A DNA stretch of 63,965 nt, filler included, from Candidatus Tectimicrobiota bacterium (GTDB taxonomy: Bacteria; JACPSX01): NCBI GenBank assembly GCA_016193065.1. It is 5 parts of 5 records of this genome, joined end to end, with 100 filler letters (N's around TTAATTAATTAA, not from the genome) between each part and the next. Parts side by side here need not be neighbours in the genome. Positions count along the whole stretch, not along the records: positions 37,222 to 40,931 come from JACPSX010000282.1; positions 41,032 to 59,222 come from JACPSX010000102.1; 3 more parts are not named here. One strand, 5' to 3'. The notes beneath the pieces were generated by a model. It searched no databases. It was not told the origin of the DNA and saw only the letters and a program-made list of their open reading frames with translations. The first letter of the stretch is position 1, and each line of letters opens with the position of its first letter. Below are positions 37,222 to 48,838 of this stretch, piece after piece. A program made the position numbers and the translations under genes.

Positions 37222-38383
37222 GGAGCGAACCGTAAAGTTCCACCAACTGGGAGGCAACGCGAGGCCACGTGAAACGGGAGAGGACCATCTTCCGCCCGGC
37301 GGCTCCCCGCCGTTGGCGCTCCTGCTCATCCCGCAGCACCTCGCCCAGTACGTCTGCCAAGGCCGCCCGTTCGAGGGGCACGACCCACCCAGCCCCGGCG
37401 GCCTGGATCTCTTCCGACAGATTCACCGGGGTGCCAACCACGACTGGCACCCCGCAGGCCAGTGCCTCCACAACGGAAAGACCAAAATTTTCCTGATGGG
37501 ACGGTAAGGCTAGCAGCTCTGCCCCTTGGAGGGCTGCGACCTTTTCGGCTCCGTGGAGCCATCCGGTGAAAACGACACGCCCATTACCGCCCAATTCCTG
37601 CACTCGGCCCTTCAGGCCGGCCACGTATCCAGGGTCTCCGTCGCCCGCCACCACGGATCTCCAATCCTGAAACTCCCCCCGGCGGGTAACCTCTAGAAAA
37701 ACTTCTAGGAACAGATCTAGGCCCTTCTTGGGATGCAATCGAGAGAGCACGAGGACATAGGGGTCTTTCTCCAGCGTGGGATAGCGGGGCCGGAAGCTAT
37801 CGGGCACCACTGCCGCCCTGATAAGTTCCTGATTGACTCCCAGCGGGATGACGATTCCTCGCCTGAGCCCGAGGACGCCTTCCGCCAACCGCCGTTCCGC
37901 CGCTGTGGTGTAATGAATCTCTGCTGCTCCGCGTAACATCTTCTTCACCCCGAAGTGCCATAGGAGGCGCTTGCGGAAACGCTTCTGGCGCAGGCTCCAG
38001 GGATCCAGCGTCCCAAGGGGGCGGACCACATACGGGACGCCATATCGCCGGCAAGCCCGTGCCGCCGCCAGACATGCGTGGGAGAACACCGCATGGATGT
38101 GCGCCACATCAAAGCCTTCTGCGTTCGCATCGAGCCAACGCGCCAGGGGGTGGGAGTACTTGAAAGCTTCACTCCATTGACGGGAGAAGAAGATCGTAGG
38201 CACTCCCTCGTAGAGAACGGGCCTCTCCAGATCCACTGGCAGCCGACTGGTGCCATCGGCGTCGGTGGTGGCGATGAGGGATTCGACTTCCCTTTCCTTC
38301 AGCGCGCCGCACATCTCGATGACCGCCCGGCTCGGCCCTCCGTAGCGCGGGGCGACGGCCGGGATGACGTGGAGTACCTTCAC
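37222..38383 (-). CDS. GT4 glycosyltransferase (3' end cut by contig edge)
   Basis: KVLHVIPAVAPRYGGP, LSRLHPKKG, ENFGLSVVEALACG. Confidence 0.9.
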
Positions 38384-40355
38384 AACTCCACTCCGTTCCG
38401 CTCCAGCCACTCCTCCAGGGCAACCAAGAGCCACAATCGGGCCCAGGAGACATGCCGGCGGCCGGCCAGGAAGTCTTGCCAGAGGCTTTGCAACCGCTCC
38501 GGTCGGAAGAGACCTCGACCGCCCAACCGCTCCGGTCCCAGTCGCTCCTCACAGAATCCGCGGAAATCCCCACGCATCCAGGGCTCGAACGGAAGCGTAA
38601 AGCCCTGCTTGGGCCGGCGGACGATCTCTTTAGGCAGCAACCCGTCCAGGCTCTCGACAAGGAGGCGTTTCGGCGTACCGTTGGGGCGCTTGTGAGCGTC
38701 GGGGAGTCCCATTACATACTCCACCAACTTATGGTCGAGCAACGGCACCCTTACTTCCAGGGCATGGGCCATGCTCATCTGGTCGGTGTCTCGCAGGAGG
38801 ACATCGTGCATGTAGGTCCGTGCTTCACCGTACGACACTCGGGAAAACAGCTCGCTTTCCGGGGCACGGTCGTAGGCCTCCTTGAGAAGCTGTACGTAGG
38901 AGTCGCGAGTTCCATCCCCCTCAGAGATCCACCCGTTCTCGAGAAGTGCATGACGCTCGCGATCGGAAAACACTTGACGTGTCACCGGGAACGTCGCATC
39001 CAGTGTCCCGTCGCTCTTCACAAGGCTAGCGAGCTTGATGGCAGTTACGGACGACCTGCCCAAAGCCTCCACCATCCAACCGGCCAGGCTGCGAAACGCA
39101 CGCGGGGTTCGGCCCCATAGCCGGAGGAGGCCCCCTACCTTGCTCAACCGCCGAAAGGAGGGATAGCCACCGAAAAACTCGTCCCCTCCCAGCCCCGACA
39201 GGGCCACCGTGAGTCCGGCTGACCGGACAGCGCGGGAGATCACATAGGTATTCACGCCATCACCCGTGGGTTGATCCATGGCAGCCAATGCCTCGGGGAG
39301 TTGCGTGAGTAGATCCTGTTCGCCCAGCAAGATCTCGACGTGGTCTGTATGGAAGCGGGAGGCCACCTGTTGGGCATGCCGGGCCTCATTGTAAGCTTGT
39401 TCCCTGAAAATTACTGAGAAGGTTCGGGGAACTTGCCCCAGCTCACACATCAGCGCCACCACGGTGCTTGAGTCGATGCCGCCAGAGAGGAAAATGCCCA
39501 GCGGAACATCGCTCACCAGATGAATGGAAATTGCCTCCCGTAAGAGATCCCTAACCCGCCGCCGGCATTCTTCCCGCGTGGCAGATCTGGCGTCTGGGGA
39601 GGCGTCTTCGAGAAGATCCCAATAGCGTCCTCCTGTAATCGTCCCCTGGGAGTCCACCGTCATCCAGGAGCCTGGTGGGAGCACACGGATGCCCTGGATC
39701 AGCGTCCGCGGCGCGGGCACGGACTGATAGGCCAGGTATCCCCAGACACCAACGGGGTCCAGACGGCGGAGAACCAGTCCGCTGGCCAGGATCGCCCGCA
39801 CCTCTGAGGCGAAAAGGAACGTCCCTTCATGATCGTAGTAATAGAGTGGTTTTATCCCCAGCCGATCCCTCGCCAAGAACAGTTCTTGCCGACCCTGATC
39901 CCAGAGAGCGAATGCGAACATGCCCCGCAAGCGGCGAACACAATCCCGGCCCCACCTAGCGTAAGCCTTGAGAATTACTTCTGTATCCGTCTGAGAACGC
40001 GTGGTGAGCCTGGGGTCTGCGATCTTCAGCTCCGCCAGGAGTTCGCGGAAATTGTAGATCTCGCCGTTAAAGCTGATCCAATTACCGGTTGCCGGGTCGG
40101 GCATCGGTTGATGACCGTTCGCGCTCAAGTCCAAAATCGCCAGACGGGTGCTTCCCAGGAACGTTTCAACTCGCTCACNNNNNNNNNNNNNNNNNNNNNN
40201 NCCAGCGTCATGCCCTCGTCGTCCGGGCCTCGGTGTTGCAGATGTTTCACCATCGCGGCTACCGCCTCCGGGCCCGAGACCCGCCCTCCACCGGCCATGG
40301 GCAGCCCTCGATCCCCCATCCCAGCAGAGATCTGAATACCCGCAATCCCGCACAT
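38380..40355 (-). CDS. asnB: Asparagine synthase (glutamine-hydrolysing) family amidotransferase; spans N gap 40179-40201
   Basis: MCGIAG, HRGPDD, FNGEIYNF, ARDRLGIKPLYY, LSGGIDSS, LEVRVPLLD. Confidence 0.9.
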
Positions 40356-40491
40356 GGTACTATCGTCCCCCTCACCTATCCCTCTCCCCCCAAGGCTGAT
40401 CATGTCCCACATCTTTTTGGCTGGACACGGGGGTTCGGGAGCAAAGCGCTAGTGGAGTGTCACCGAAGCTCGCTGTGTATGTGGCGCTCCG

Positions 40492-40576
40492 TCCCCCAAT
40501 CTCCCCTTTCAAATCCCCCCTGACCCCCCTTTGAAAAAGGGGGGATTGGGGGGATTTTTTTCAAAGGGGGATTTGA
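40492..40576. repeat. CCCCCCTTT..AAAGGGGGG palindromic repeat
   Basis: aaatcccccctgacccccctttgaaaaaggggggattggggggattt. Confidence 0.65.
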
Positions 40577-40635
40577 GCTATCTGCTGTCGAAGTTCTCAT
40601 GAGACCTAAGTTAACGGTTTTCAACACCCCCCGTG

Positions 40636-40931
40636 TTCAGCAACCCAGGTTATGGGTACCGATTAGCTCCCAAGGGGAGAGGTTAAAAAAGTCTCCGATC
40701 TCTACGCCGCGTGGCTTCCACAACCAGCATCGAACCCCATCGTCCCAGGATCGCAGATGCAAGCCAGTTCGGCGTGAGCGCCTCGATTCTTTCCTTGAAG
40801 CGACACCTCGGGAATGGAAAGAGTTCGGCCTTGAGCCCGATGACGCTCATGGAAATTTCCGCGTAGTCTGGGTTGAGCAGGGCTCTCAGCTCGTTCTGGG
40901 AAAATACCCTGGCATAGTACCCATCGGAAGC
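40636..40931 (-). pseudogene. C-terminal fragment of an unknown protein, possibly a methyltransferase, with apparent frameshift
   Basis: SDGYYARVF / QNELRALL..IGLKAELFPFPRCRFKERIEALTPNWLASAILGRWGSMLVVEA; at contig edge. Confidence 0.3.
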
Positions 40932-41031
40932 NNNNNNNNNNNNNNNNNNNNNNNNNNNNNNNNNNNNNNNNNNNNTTAATTAATTAANNNNNNNNNNNNN
41001 NNNNNNNNNNNNNNNNNNNNNNNNNNNNNNN
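40932..41031. other. Artificial contig linker
   Basis: N run with central TTAATTAATTAA. Confidence 0.97.
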
Positions 41032-42673
41032 TCTGAAAAACAACTTCTCCCAATCCCCGGTCATCCTCCAGCTTCCCCTGTACCGGGACAATCAGTTTTG
41101 CGGGGTGATTGATCTGCTGACGCGGAAAGCCTACGTTTTTTCCGCTGATGGCAGCGGGAAAATGACCGAAGAGCCCATCCCTCCGGATCGCCAGGGGGAG
41201 GTCGATGAATACTTCAAGCAGCTCGTGGAAGTCGTCGCCGAAAGCGATGACGCTTTGCTGGAACAGTATCTGGAGAAGGGAAATCTGGAGGAAGATGCAC
41301 TAAAAACCGGGCTGCGCAATGGAACGCTGGCCCAAAAACTCGCCCCGGTGGTGTGCGGATCCGCCCTCCGGAACATGGGGATCTTCCTGCTGCTCGATGT
41401 GATCGTAAATTTCCTGCCCTCCCCCAAGGATAGACCCATGCCCCAGGGGGTCAACTCCCAGGGAAGTCCTGTCGAGCGGCCTCCCGACGACAACGCGCCC
41501 CTATCCGCCCTGGTCTTTAAAACCATCGCGGACCCCTTTGCGGGAAAGTTGAGCCTCTTCCGGGTTTATTCCGGCACCCTTTCCTCGGATTCCAATTGCT
41601 ACAACAAGACTCAGGAAACCCGGGAGAGAATCGGGCAGATTTATGGTATTCTGGGGAAAAACCAGAAACCCGTGGAGTCCGTCAGTGCCGGCGATTTCGG
41701 AGCCGTTGCGAAACTCAAGGCAACCACCACGGGGGACACCCTGTGCGATGAGAAGGCCCCCGTAAAATATCCCCCCCTTAAGTTTCCGGAGCCGGTCATC
41801 TCTTTCGCCATCGCCCCGAAAACCAGAGGGGACGAGGAAAAGCTCAGCAACGCCCTGGCGCGACTTATGGAGGAGGATCCCACCCTGAGAACCAAGCGGG
41901 ATCCCCAGACCAAGGAGCTCATCCTGTCGGGGATGGGACAGGTTCACATCGAGGTGATCCTGGAGCGACTCAAGCGGAAATTCGGCGTCGAAGTGGAGAT
42001 GAAAACCCCGAAAGTCCCCTACAAGGAGACGATCCGGGGAAGGTCCAAAGCCCAGGGGAAGTACAAGAAGCAAACCGGGGGGCGCGGACAATACGGCGAC
42101 GCCTGGATCGAAGTCGAGCCCCTGCCTCGGGGAGGGGGATTTGAATTCGTCGACAAGATCGTGGGCGGAGCGATCCCGAGACAGTACATCCCCGCCGTTG
42201 AAAAAGGAATTGTGGAAGCCAAGGATCAAGGGATACTGGCCGGCTATCCGGTTGTGGATTTTCGTGTGACTCTTTACGACGGCTCCTACCACGAAGTGGA
42301 CTCCTCCGAAATGGCTTTCAAAATCGCCGGCTCCTTGGGTTTCAAGAAGGGCATGATGGAGGCCAATCCTGTCCTCCTGGAACCCATCATGAGCCTCGAA
42401 GTGATCGTCCCGGACGATTCCATGGGGGATATTATTGGCGACCTCAATTCCAAACGAGGGCGTGTGTTGGGAGTAACGCCGCTGGCCAACCAGCACCAGT
42501 CCATCAAGGCCCAGGCCCCCATGGCAGAAGTCCTGCAATATGCCTCGGATCTCCGCTCTATGACCGGAGGGAGAGGTGACTTCACCATGGAATTCTCCCA
42601 CTACGAGGAGGTTCCGCCGCACATGGCCGAAAAGATCATCGCGGAGGCCAAGAGGGAAGCGGAGAAGGAGTGA
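41032..42673 (+). CDS. fusA: Elongation factor G (EF-G2-like paralog), 5' truncated
   Basis: FKTIADPFAGKLSLFRVYSG, GMGQVHIE, KKQTGGRGQYG, GSYHEVDSSEMAF. Confidence 0.9.
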
Positions 42674-43773
42674 GGCCCGGACAAATGAGATCCTTTAACC
42701 TACTCAAACGTGGACACGGCCTGCGCTACGGGGACCAGGTTTCCGAAGACAAACAGGATAAGAACGTCGATTCTACAACTTCGACCGAGAGCGCGGCACA
42801 ACCCAATCCGCGCTTAAAGAAGCTGGCCATCCTCGTTGCGATCCTGCTGGGGGCGGGGGCTTGGTTCTATTTCACCGCCAGGCCGTCCGGGTCCCCTCCG
42901 AAAGCCCGTACTCCAGCGACCACCCCGACGACGCCTGGCGCGCTGTCCCAGCCCGGCGAGCGGGCGCCCGGTGCACTACTCGAAGCGGCCCAACGTACTC
43001 CCGAAAAGGTAAGTCCCCCGGCAAAGGCAAAACCCGCGGAGAGCATCGAACGGATCCCCATCGAGCCCCTGCCGCCCCCAAAACCGGCTGAGGTTTCCCC
43101 GCCACCTCCCGCCCCGGTCCCGCAGGGCAAGGAGCCCCCGGCGATCGGCCCGGCCAAGAGTGCTCCGCCTGCAAAAACCGATTCCAAAGCCGCAAGCCGA
43201 GCCGAACAAGCCGCGCCGCCGCAAGCCCCGGCTGCGCCGCCCCGCGCCCCAGCCGCGGCCCGCAAAAAAGCCGCCAGCCCGAAACCGACGCCCGCAAGGC
43301 GGGCACCCGCCGCCGCTGCCTACCAGATCGAGGTTGCTTCCTGCGTGTCTGAAGCCTGCCTGCAGAAGGCCCAGAGCCAGATCCAGCGGGCCGGGTATAA
43401 ACCCCAACAAAGCAAGGTGGGGCGCAAGGCGGAAATGTACCTTGTGGTCGGTGGAGAATTCTCCTCCGGACTGCTGGCGCAGCGGCGCCAACGTGAGTTG
43501 GAAAGCCAGGGGCTCAAAACGACGATCCACCCCATCGAGGACGGCAAACAAGCAGTCGTGGCCGGCATTTTCGAGGATCTGGCAGGAGCCCGCTCCCAAC
43601 GCAAGGCCCTGCAGGAACAGGGAGGCTCGTGGCGAATCCTCCGGCGTGCGGTTGACGTGGAATCCGTAACCCTCATCGTGGGAGGGTTTCATACTTATGA
43701 GGAGGCGGTCAAGGCCAAGGCCCGCCTTTCCGCCAAGGGCCTCCATCCCGAACTGCGGATGGTAAAAAAATAA
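42670..43773 (+). CDS. SPOR-domain protein with TM anchor and Pro/Ala-rich linker
   Basis: One TM, long PA-rich region, YQIEVAS..VGGFHTYEEAVKAKARL. Confidence 0.65.
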   Translation: MRPGQMRSFNLLKRGHGLRYGDQVSEDKQDKNVDSTTSTESAAQPNPRLKKLAILVAILLGAGAWFYFTARPSGSPPKARTPATTPTTPGALSQPGERAPGALLEAAQRTPEKVSPPAKAKPAESIERIPIEPLPPPKPAEVSPPPPAPVPQGKEPPAIGPAKSAPPAKTDSKAASRAEQAAPPQAPAAPPRAPAAARKKAASPKPTPARRAPAAAAYQIEVASCVSEACLQKAQSQIQRAGYKPQQSKVGRKAEMYLVVGGEFSSGLLAQRRQRELESQGLKTTIHPIEDGKQAVVAGIFEDLAGARSQRKALQEQGGSWRILRRAVDVESVTLIVGGFHTYEEAVKAKARLSAKGLHPELRMVKK

Positions 43774-43783
43774 GCGGCAACTA

Positions 43784-43812
43784 TTGACTCCCGGATCATT
43801 TTTTTATAAGTT
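43784..43812 (+). promoter_or_regulatory. Putative sigma70 promoter of ihfA
   Basis: TTGACT-N17-TAAGTT. Confidence 0.45.
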
Positions 43813-43928
43813 AGCGTTGCTTTTTCTCCGGATCGAACGAACCGAGTATTGAGACACTACGGCAATGAACAAAATCCCGCTCCTGGAAGAAACTTCCTCC
43901 TACGTTCCTCGTACAAAGGGGTCGCGCG

Positions 43929-44231
43929 ATGGTGAAGGCAGATATCATCGATTTCGTATACGAAAAGGTGGGGTTTACGCGAGCCGAAGCTTCTGAAGCC
44001 GTGGAGGTGGTGTTTCAGGTCGTCAAGGAGACTCTCAATCGCGGCGAGAAGGTGCACATAGTCGGCTTTGGCAGTTTCGTCGTACGGAACAAAAAGAAAA
44101 GGCTCGGGCGCAATCCGAAAACCGGCACGCAAATTGAAATTTCTCCACGCCGGGTTCTAACCTTCAAGCCCAGCCAGATCTTAAAAGAGGTGGTCAACAA
44201 CGGTACCGGCAAGCGTTCCCTGAGGACTTGA
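43929..44231 (+). CDS. ihfA: Integration host factor alpha
   Basis: [35 protein letters not shown]; followed by merR and tRNA-Pro. Confidence 0.9.
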   Translation: MVKADIIDFVYEKVGFTRAEASEAVEVVFQVVKETLNRGEKVHIVGFGSFVVRNKKKRLGRNPKTGTQIEISPRRVLTFKPSQILKEVVNNGTGKRSLRT

Positions 44232-44599
44232 TGGCGACAATCCCGGATAAGCTGTTCTTCAAAATCGGAGAGGTGGCTGAAGTCACCGGAGTCGAGCCCC
44301 ATGTTCTGCGCTATTGGGAAACGGAGTTCCCTCAGCTTCGCCCCATCAAGAACCGCGCCGGCCAGCGCACCTATCAGCGCAAAGACGTGGAGACCGTGAT
44401 GGAAATCAAGCGCTTGCTCTATGCAGAGAAATTCACCATTGCGGGAGCCCGGAAGCATTTCGGCCGTTCCTCCTCAACCACGGAGCAAAAACAGCTACCC
44501 CTCGGATTTACGGATCAGGAACTGGGGCGGACTCTAGCCCAGTGCAAGAAGGAACTCGAGAGTATTCTCCAGACCCTCGATACAGGACCAGAAAAATGA
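44231..44599 (+). CDS. MerR-family transcriptional regulator
   Basis: [25 protein letters not shown]. Confidence 0.9.
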   Translation: MATIPDKLFFKIGEVAEVTGVEPHVLRYWETEFPQLRPIKNRAGQRTYQRKDVETVMEIKRLLYAEKFTIAGARKHFGRSSSTTEQKQLPLGFTDQELGRTLAQCKKELESILQTLDTGPEK

Positions 44600-44644
44600 T
44601 TCTCCCGATTCGCCAACGCCTATATTATTATTGTAGGACATAGC

Positions 44645-44721
44645 CGGGGCGTAGCGCAGCCTGGTAGCGCACCTGAATGGGGTTCAGGTGGTCGCTGGTT
44701 CAAATCCAGTCGCCCCGACCA
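44645..44721 (+). tRNA. tRNA-Pro(GGG)
   Basis: CGGGGCG acceptor stem, anticodon loop ATGGGGT, GGTTCAAATCC, CCA end. Confidence 0.95.
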
Positions 44722-44752
44722 GTCTTTATAGATAGGAAGTGGAGAACAGAGC

Positions 44753-44788
44753 AGGAAACCCCGCATTTTGCGGGGTTTCCGCATTTTT
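44753..44788 (+). terminator. Hairpin/terminator after tRNA-Pro
   Basis: GGAAACCCCGCA-TTT-TGCGGGGTTTCC then GCATTTTT. Confidence 0.6.
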
Positions 44789-44805
44789 CGGGACAACAAG
44801 CGGCA

Positions 44806-45447
44806 ATGGACTATGAGCTAGCACGAAACCAAATGGTGGAGCTGCAACTGCTGCAACGGGGGATCCGGGACGAACGGGTTCTCAAAGCCATGCGGAAGGT
44901 GCCCCGCCATCTCTTCGTGGAGCCCGCCCTCCGAGAGAGAGCCTATGGAGATTACCCGCTCCCCATCGGCGAGGGCCAAACGATCTCCCAGCCCTACATG
45001 GTAGGATACATGACCCAAGCTCTGGATCTGGCAGGAACCGAGAAGATCCTGGAGATTGGCACCGGCTCCGGGTACCAGGCGGCGATCCTTGCAGAGCTTG
45101 CCGAACAGGTCTTTTCCATCGAGCGCATCAAAAGTCTCGCCCTCAAAGCGCGCGAAACTCTGGATTCCCTGGGGTATCGCAATGTGGCCATCAAGATATT
45201 CGACGGCAGCTACGGGTGGGCCGAACAGGCCCCCTTTGATGCCATTTTGGTAACCGCCGGCGCCCCCAACATCCCCCCGGTTTTCATAGACCAGCTCGGG
45301 GAAGGCGGCCGGCTCGTGATTCCCGTGGGGGGGGAATCCTATCAGGTCATCCACAAAGTGACCAAGGGGGTCAAGGGAGTTCGGACCCAGAAGTTCTCCA
45401 ACTGCGTTTTCGTCAAACTAATCGGAGAGCATGGCTGGAAAGAATAG
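44806..45447 (+). CDS. pcm: Protein-L-isoaspartate O-methyltransferase
   Basis: [37 protein letters not shown]. Confidence 0.95.
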   Translation: MDYELARNQMVELQLLQRGIRDERVLKAMRKVPRHLFVEPALRERAYGDYPLPIGEGQTISQPYMVGYMTQALDLAGTEKILEIGTGSGYQAAILAELAEQVFSIERIKSLALKARETLDSLGYRNVAIKIFDGSYGWAEQAPFDAILVTAGAPNIPPVFIDQLGEGGRLVIPVGGESYQVIHKVTKGVKGVRTQKFSNCVFVKLIGEHGWKE

Positions 45448-45457
45448 CAGTGCAGTC

Positions 45458-45486
45458 TGGACTCTGCGGACCGCCTGCCTTATAAT
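45458..45486 (+). promoter_or_regulatory. sigma70 promoter of tRNA-Pro(CGG)
   Basis: TGGACT-N17-TATAAT. Confidence 0.6.
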
Positions 45487-45516
45487 GGATCTATTGCACT
45501 AAGCAGACCCTTCGGT

Positions 45517-45593
45517 CGGGACGTAGCGCAGCCTGGTAGCGCACCTGCTTCGGGAGCAGGGGGTCGCTGGTTCAAATCCAGTCGTCCCGACCA
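45517..45593 (+). tRNA. tRNA-Pro(CGG)
   Basis: CGGGACG acceptor stem, anticodon loop TTCGGGA, CCA end. Confidence 0.95.
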
Positions 45594-45843
45594 TTTCTTT
45601 CCGCCCTTCGAGAGACCTGAATTCCATTCTCGCACTGGACAGACCCCCCGGCCCGGCGCCCTCACAGTCCAATTTCCCCTCCGGCGGATAGCACGGACCG
45701 GCCCTCTGGACGACCGGCATAGCATTTGTAAAAGCAGATGCTTACATGGTTTTCTTAAGCGGAAGGAAAGGCCCCCGGGCAAGGCCTCTAGGAGCATCCT
45801 CTCGGGAACCCGAGAGTGTGCAGCAGGGGAACGGAGCAGGTTA

Positions 45844-47583
45844 ATGTCTAATCATTTTTCGGAAAATGGCCGATATAGGAAAGGAGAAAATGGGAATGGC
45901 AGCTCAAGTCTTTTTCAGCAGAGGCAGGCAAGCCGCCATTTCTTGCGGGTGCTCCACGATCCTTTGCGAAGGACTCCTAACGTGACGGCGCATGAAATCG
46001 AAGAACGCATCCTGCAAACCCAAACCCTCCCGGTGCTTCCTGCGGAGGTCAAAGATCTCATCAGCATTTCGTTAGAGGAGACCACCTCCGCCCGGGAAAT
46101 AGCCTCTATGATCATGAAGAGCCCGGCCCTGTCTGCTCGCATGCTCAAGATCGTCAACTCGCCCTTCTACGGATTTCCGCGGAGAATCACCACCGTGTCT
46201 CAGGCCGTCGTGATTCTGGGGCTGCCCGCGACACGGAACATCGCTCTCAGCCTCTCTGTCCTCGACCTGTTCCGGGGCAGGAAGAGCCTCAGGAAGCACA
46301 TGCCGGCATTCCTGGAGCACTCTCTGGGAGCGGCACTGGCAGCCCAGGAGATGAGCAAGCAGCTTGCCTATCCTTTAGCCGAGGAAGCTTTTATGGCAGG
46401 ACTCCTGCACGACCTGGGGGTTTTGGCCTTGATGGAATGCATCCCCGATCTCTACGCCGGAATTCTGGCCCAGGTGGGTTCCAGTGCAGAAACCCTGGCC
46501 TCGATCGAGGAACACACTTTGGGGTTGACCCATGCCCGAGCCGGCGGGCTCCTCTGCCAGGCCTGGGGGCTCCCCGAAGCCCTGCAGACGGCCATTTCCC
46601 AGCATCATGATCCACCCGCTGCGTGGTCCGAAGCCGACCACCAGACCCATCTCAACACGCTGGCCTTTCTGGGCAACCTGCTATCCCGCGTGCTTTCCGA
46701 CTCAACCCCGGAAGCCGCGCTAGGCTTCTTGCAGAAGGAAGTCCAGCGGATCCTGAACTGGAACCCGAAGGAGATCGAGGAAATCCTGACCGTTCTCGCC
46801 ATGCGAATCCGGGAAGCGGCTCCTTCTTTCGAGATTCAGGTCAGGAGTCCATCGGGTTTGCTGGAAACCATCCTGGCCGCCAACCGAAAGCTGGGGGAAA
46901 TGACGCTGGCATACAGCGAACTGATTCATTCCCAAAAGGAATCCATTGAACGTCTGCGCTGCCTCGAGGAGCAATTGGAGCAGGTTAATCGAAAGCTCCA
47001 CGAAATCGCCATTACGGACGATTTGACCAAGATTCACAACCACCGTTACTTCCAGGAATGCCTCTCACGGCAGTTGGAAAAGGCAAGACGAAAGGGCGAG
47101 ACCTTCTCTCTGGTCCTGATCGACCTGGATCGCTTCCGGAAAATCAACGAGCAGCACGGTCATCTCTACGGGGATCAAGTACTGCGGGAAATCGCACAGG
47201 TACTGAAAAAAACCTGTCGGACAGAGGATACTCTGGCGCGCTACGGCGGTGAAGAATTTGCACTCCTGTTGCCGGACACGAACGCCATGGGGGCCGTCGC
47301 ACTGGTGGAGCGCCTACGCAGAGAGGTCAGTGAGTTCTCAAGAGAGCTTCTTGGTTTCTCCTCGCCTTTGGCCCTGAGCGCCGGGATCTCCCAATGGACT
47401 CCGGAATCTCCCGAGACGACTGGAAAAGAATTGCTTCGTCAGGCCGACCAAGCCCTGCTGGGGGCCAAGAGAAAAGGAGAAAACTGTTCCGCCTTCCCCG
47501 AATCGTCTTCCAAACCGAAGCCATCCCCCCGGCGCAGAATATTTCGCGTCCTGCCGATCTCCGGGTCTACAGGGAAGGGCTGA
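45844..47583 (+). CDS. HDOD-GGDEF diguanylate cyclase
   Basis: LPVLP, NSPFYG, AGLLHDLG; RTED I-site plus RYGGEEF; start may lie further downstream. Confidence 0.9.
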   Translation: MSNHFSENGRYRKGENGNGSSSLFQQRQASRHFLRVLHDPLRRTPNVTAHEIEERILQTQTLPVLPAEVKDLISISLEETTSAREIASMIMKSPALSARMLKIVNSPFYGFPRRITTVSQAVVILGLPATRNIALSLSVLDLFRGRKSLRKHMPAFLEHSLGAALAAQEMSKQLAYPLAEEAFMAGLLHDLGVLALMECIPDLYAGILAQVGSSAETLASIEEHTLGLTHARAGGLLCQAWGLPEALQTAISQHHDPPAAWSEADHQTHLNTLAFLGNLLSRVLSDSTPEAALGFLQKEVQRILNWNPKEIEEILTVLAMRIREAAPSFEIQVRSPSGLLETILAANRKLGEMTLAYSELIHSQKESIERLRCLEEQLEQVNRKLHEIAITDDLTKIHNHRYFQECLSRQLEKARRKGETFSLVLIDLDRFRKINEQHGHLYGDQVLREIAQVLKKTCRTEDTLARYGGEEFALLLPDTNAMGAVALVERLRREVSEFSRELLGFSSPLALSAGISQWTPESPETTGKELLRQADQALLGAKRKGENCSAFPESSSKPKPSPRRRIFRVLPISGSTGKG

Positions 47584-47597
47584 ATCGCCGAACCAAT

Positions 47598-47873
47598 TCA
47601 CTGATTGATGATCTCTTGCAGCTCCTTACCGGCCTTAAAATAGGGAACTTTTTTGGCGGGAACATCCACCGAGGTCCCGGTCTTCGGATTTCTCCCCATT
47701 CGCGCCCGGCGCTGCCTGACACGAAAGCTCCCGAAGCCTCGCAGTTCTACCTTATCGCCTCGCGATAGGGCCTCCTGGATGCTGGAGACTGTCGTGTTCA
47801 CAGCAACCTCGGCCTGAACTTTGCTGAGACCGGTTTTCTCTGAAAGCTTTTCAATCAGTTCCGCTTTCGTCAT
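47598..47873 (-). CDS. ihfB: Integration host factor beta / HU family
   Basis: MTKAELIE..GDKVELRGFGSF..KKVPYFKAGKEL. Confidence 0.8.
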   Translation of the reverse strand: MTKAELIEKLSEKTGLSKVQAEVAVNTTVSSIQEALSRGDKVELRGFGSFRVRQRRARMGRNPKTGTSVDVPAKKVPYFKAGKELQEIINQ

Positions 47874-47949
47874 GTCGATCCTCTCTCCCGTCTTTAGGAA
47901 CTACGTTTATTTCACCGCGACCTTTTCCCCCCGCGGGGGATTTCGTCCG

Positions 47950-48801
47950 CTACTCCTTGCCGGAGTGAGAGAGCCACCACTCAGCGATCTCGCGACGGCG
48001 AGCAAACCAGACCCGATCGTGACTGCGAGCGTAGTCCAAAAATTGAGCCAATGCTCCGGCCCGCCCGGGCCTGCCGGTGACGTGAGGGTGAATTCCCACC
48101 GTCATTAACATCGGGTTCGATTCCCCTTCCTCGTAAAGATGATCGAACTCATAGGTGAGCACATCAACCACCTCCTGAGGGGTTTTGTTGCTCTGCAAGA
48201 AAAGCCGGTAATCATTCAGGATCAGGCTATAGGGGATCTCCACCAACTCTCCATTCCCCGCCGTAACCAGGTAGGGAAGATCATCGTTGAGGAAGTCACC
48301 ATGCCATGTGAAACCGTACTGGGCCAAAAGTCTAAGAGTCCTGTCTGTGCACCGGCACCCCGGGGACAGCCAACCCTGCGGCTTCTGTCCCGTCGCCTTC
48401 TCAATGGCAGCAACGCTCCGCCTGATGGCCTCTTCTTCCTCCTCGTCGTTCATGCTGACCAGAGAGACGCTTTGATCGTAAGAGTGCGCGGCAACTTCAT
48501 GGCCCCGGTCATAAATCTCCTTGATCACCTCCGGGTGGCGCTCGGCGGCCAGCCCGCTGACGACGGCCGTCGCTTTCACTTCCCGCTGCTCCAGGACGTC
48601 CAGGAGCCGCCATAGACCCGCCCGGTACCCGTATTCTCGATCCGTGATCGTGGGAAAATCCCTGCGCGTAACCGCATCGGCCGGAATGGGATTCATGTAA
48701 GGGGCAGCCTCTTCCCGAGACCACTCCTCAATGTTCAATACCAGGCTTACAGCAATCCTGGCCCCATCCGGCCAGCCGGCATGGTTCCTTCGAGCATTCA
48801 T
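47950..48801 (-). CDS. Polysaccharide deacetylase family (PuuE-like)
   Basis: WPDGARIAVS, EYGYRAGLWRL, GHEVAAH, DDLPY, GIHPHVTGRP. Confidence 0.85.
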   Translation of the reverse strand: MNARRNHAGWPDGARIAVSLVLNIEEWSREEAAPYMNPIPADAVTRRDFPTITDREYGYRAGLWRLLDVLEQREVKATAVVSGLAAERHPEVIKEIYDRGHEVAAHSYDQSVSLVSMNDEEEEEAIRRSVAAIEKATGQKPQGWLSPGCRCTDRTLRLLAQYGFTWHGDFLNDDLPYLVTAGNGELVEIPYSLILNDYRLFLQSNKTPQEVVDVLTYEFDHLYEEGESNPMLMTVGIHPHVTGRPGRAGALAQFLDYARSHDRVWFARRREIAEWWLSHSGKE

Positions 48802-48838
48802 CGTTCGCTGTTCCTCCTTTAGGTCCCGCCACAATCAT

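Noticed and set aside
40089-40412. Frameshift in the asnB N-terminus
   Set aside because: The frame change coincides with the N gap at 40179-40201 of estimated length, so it is not evidence of a pseudogene
42900-43320. Pro/Ala-rich low-complexity stretch as a repeat element
   Set aside because: Ordinary flexible linker of a SPOR-type protein
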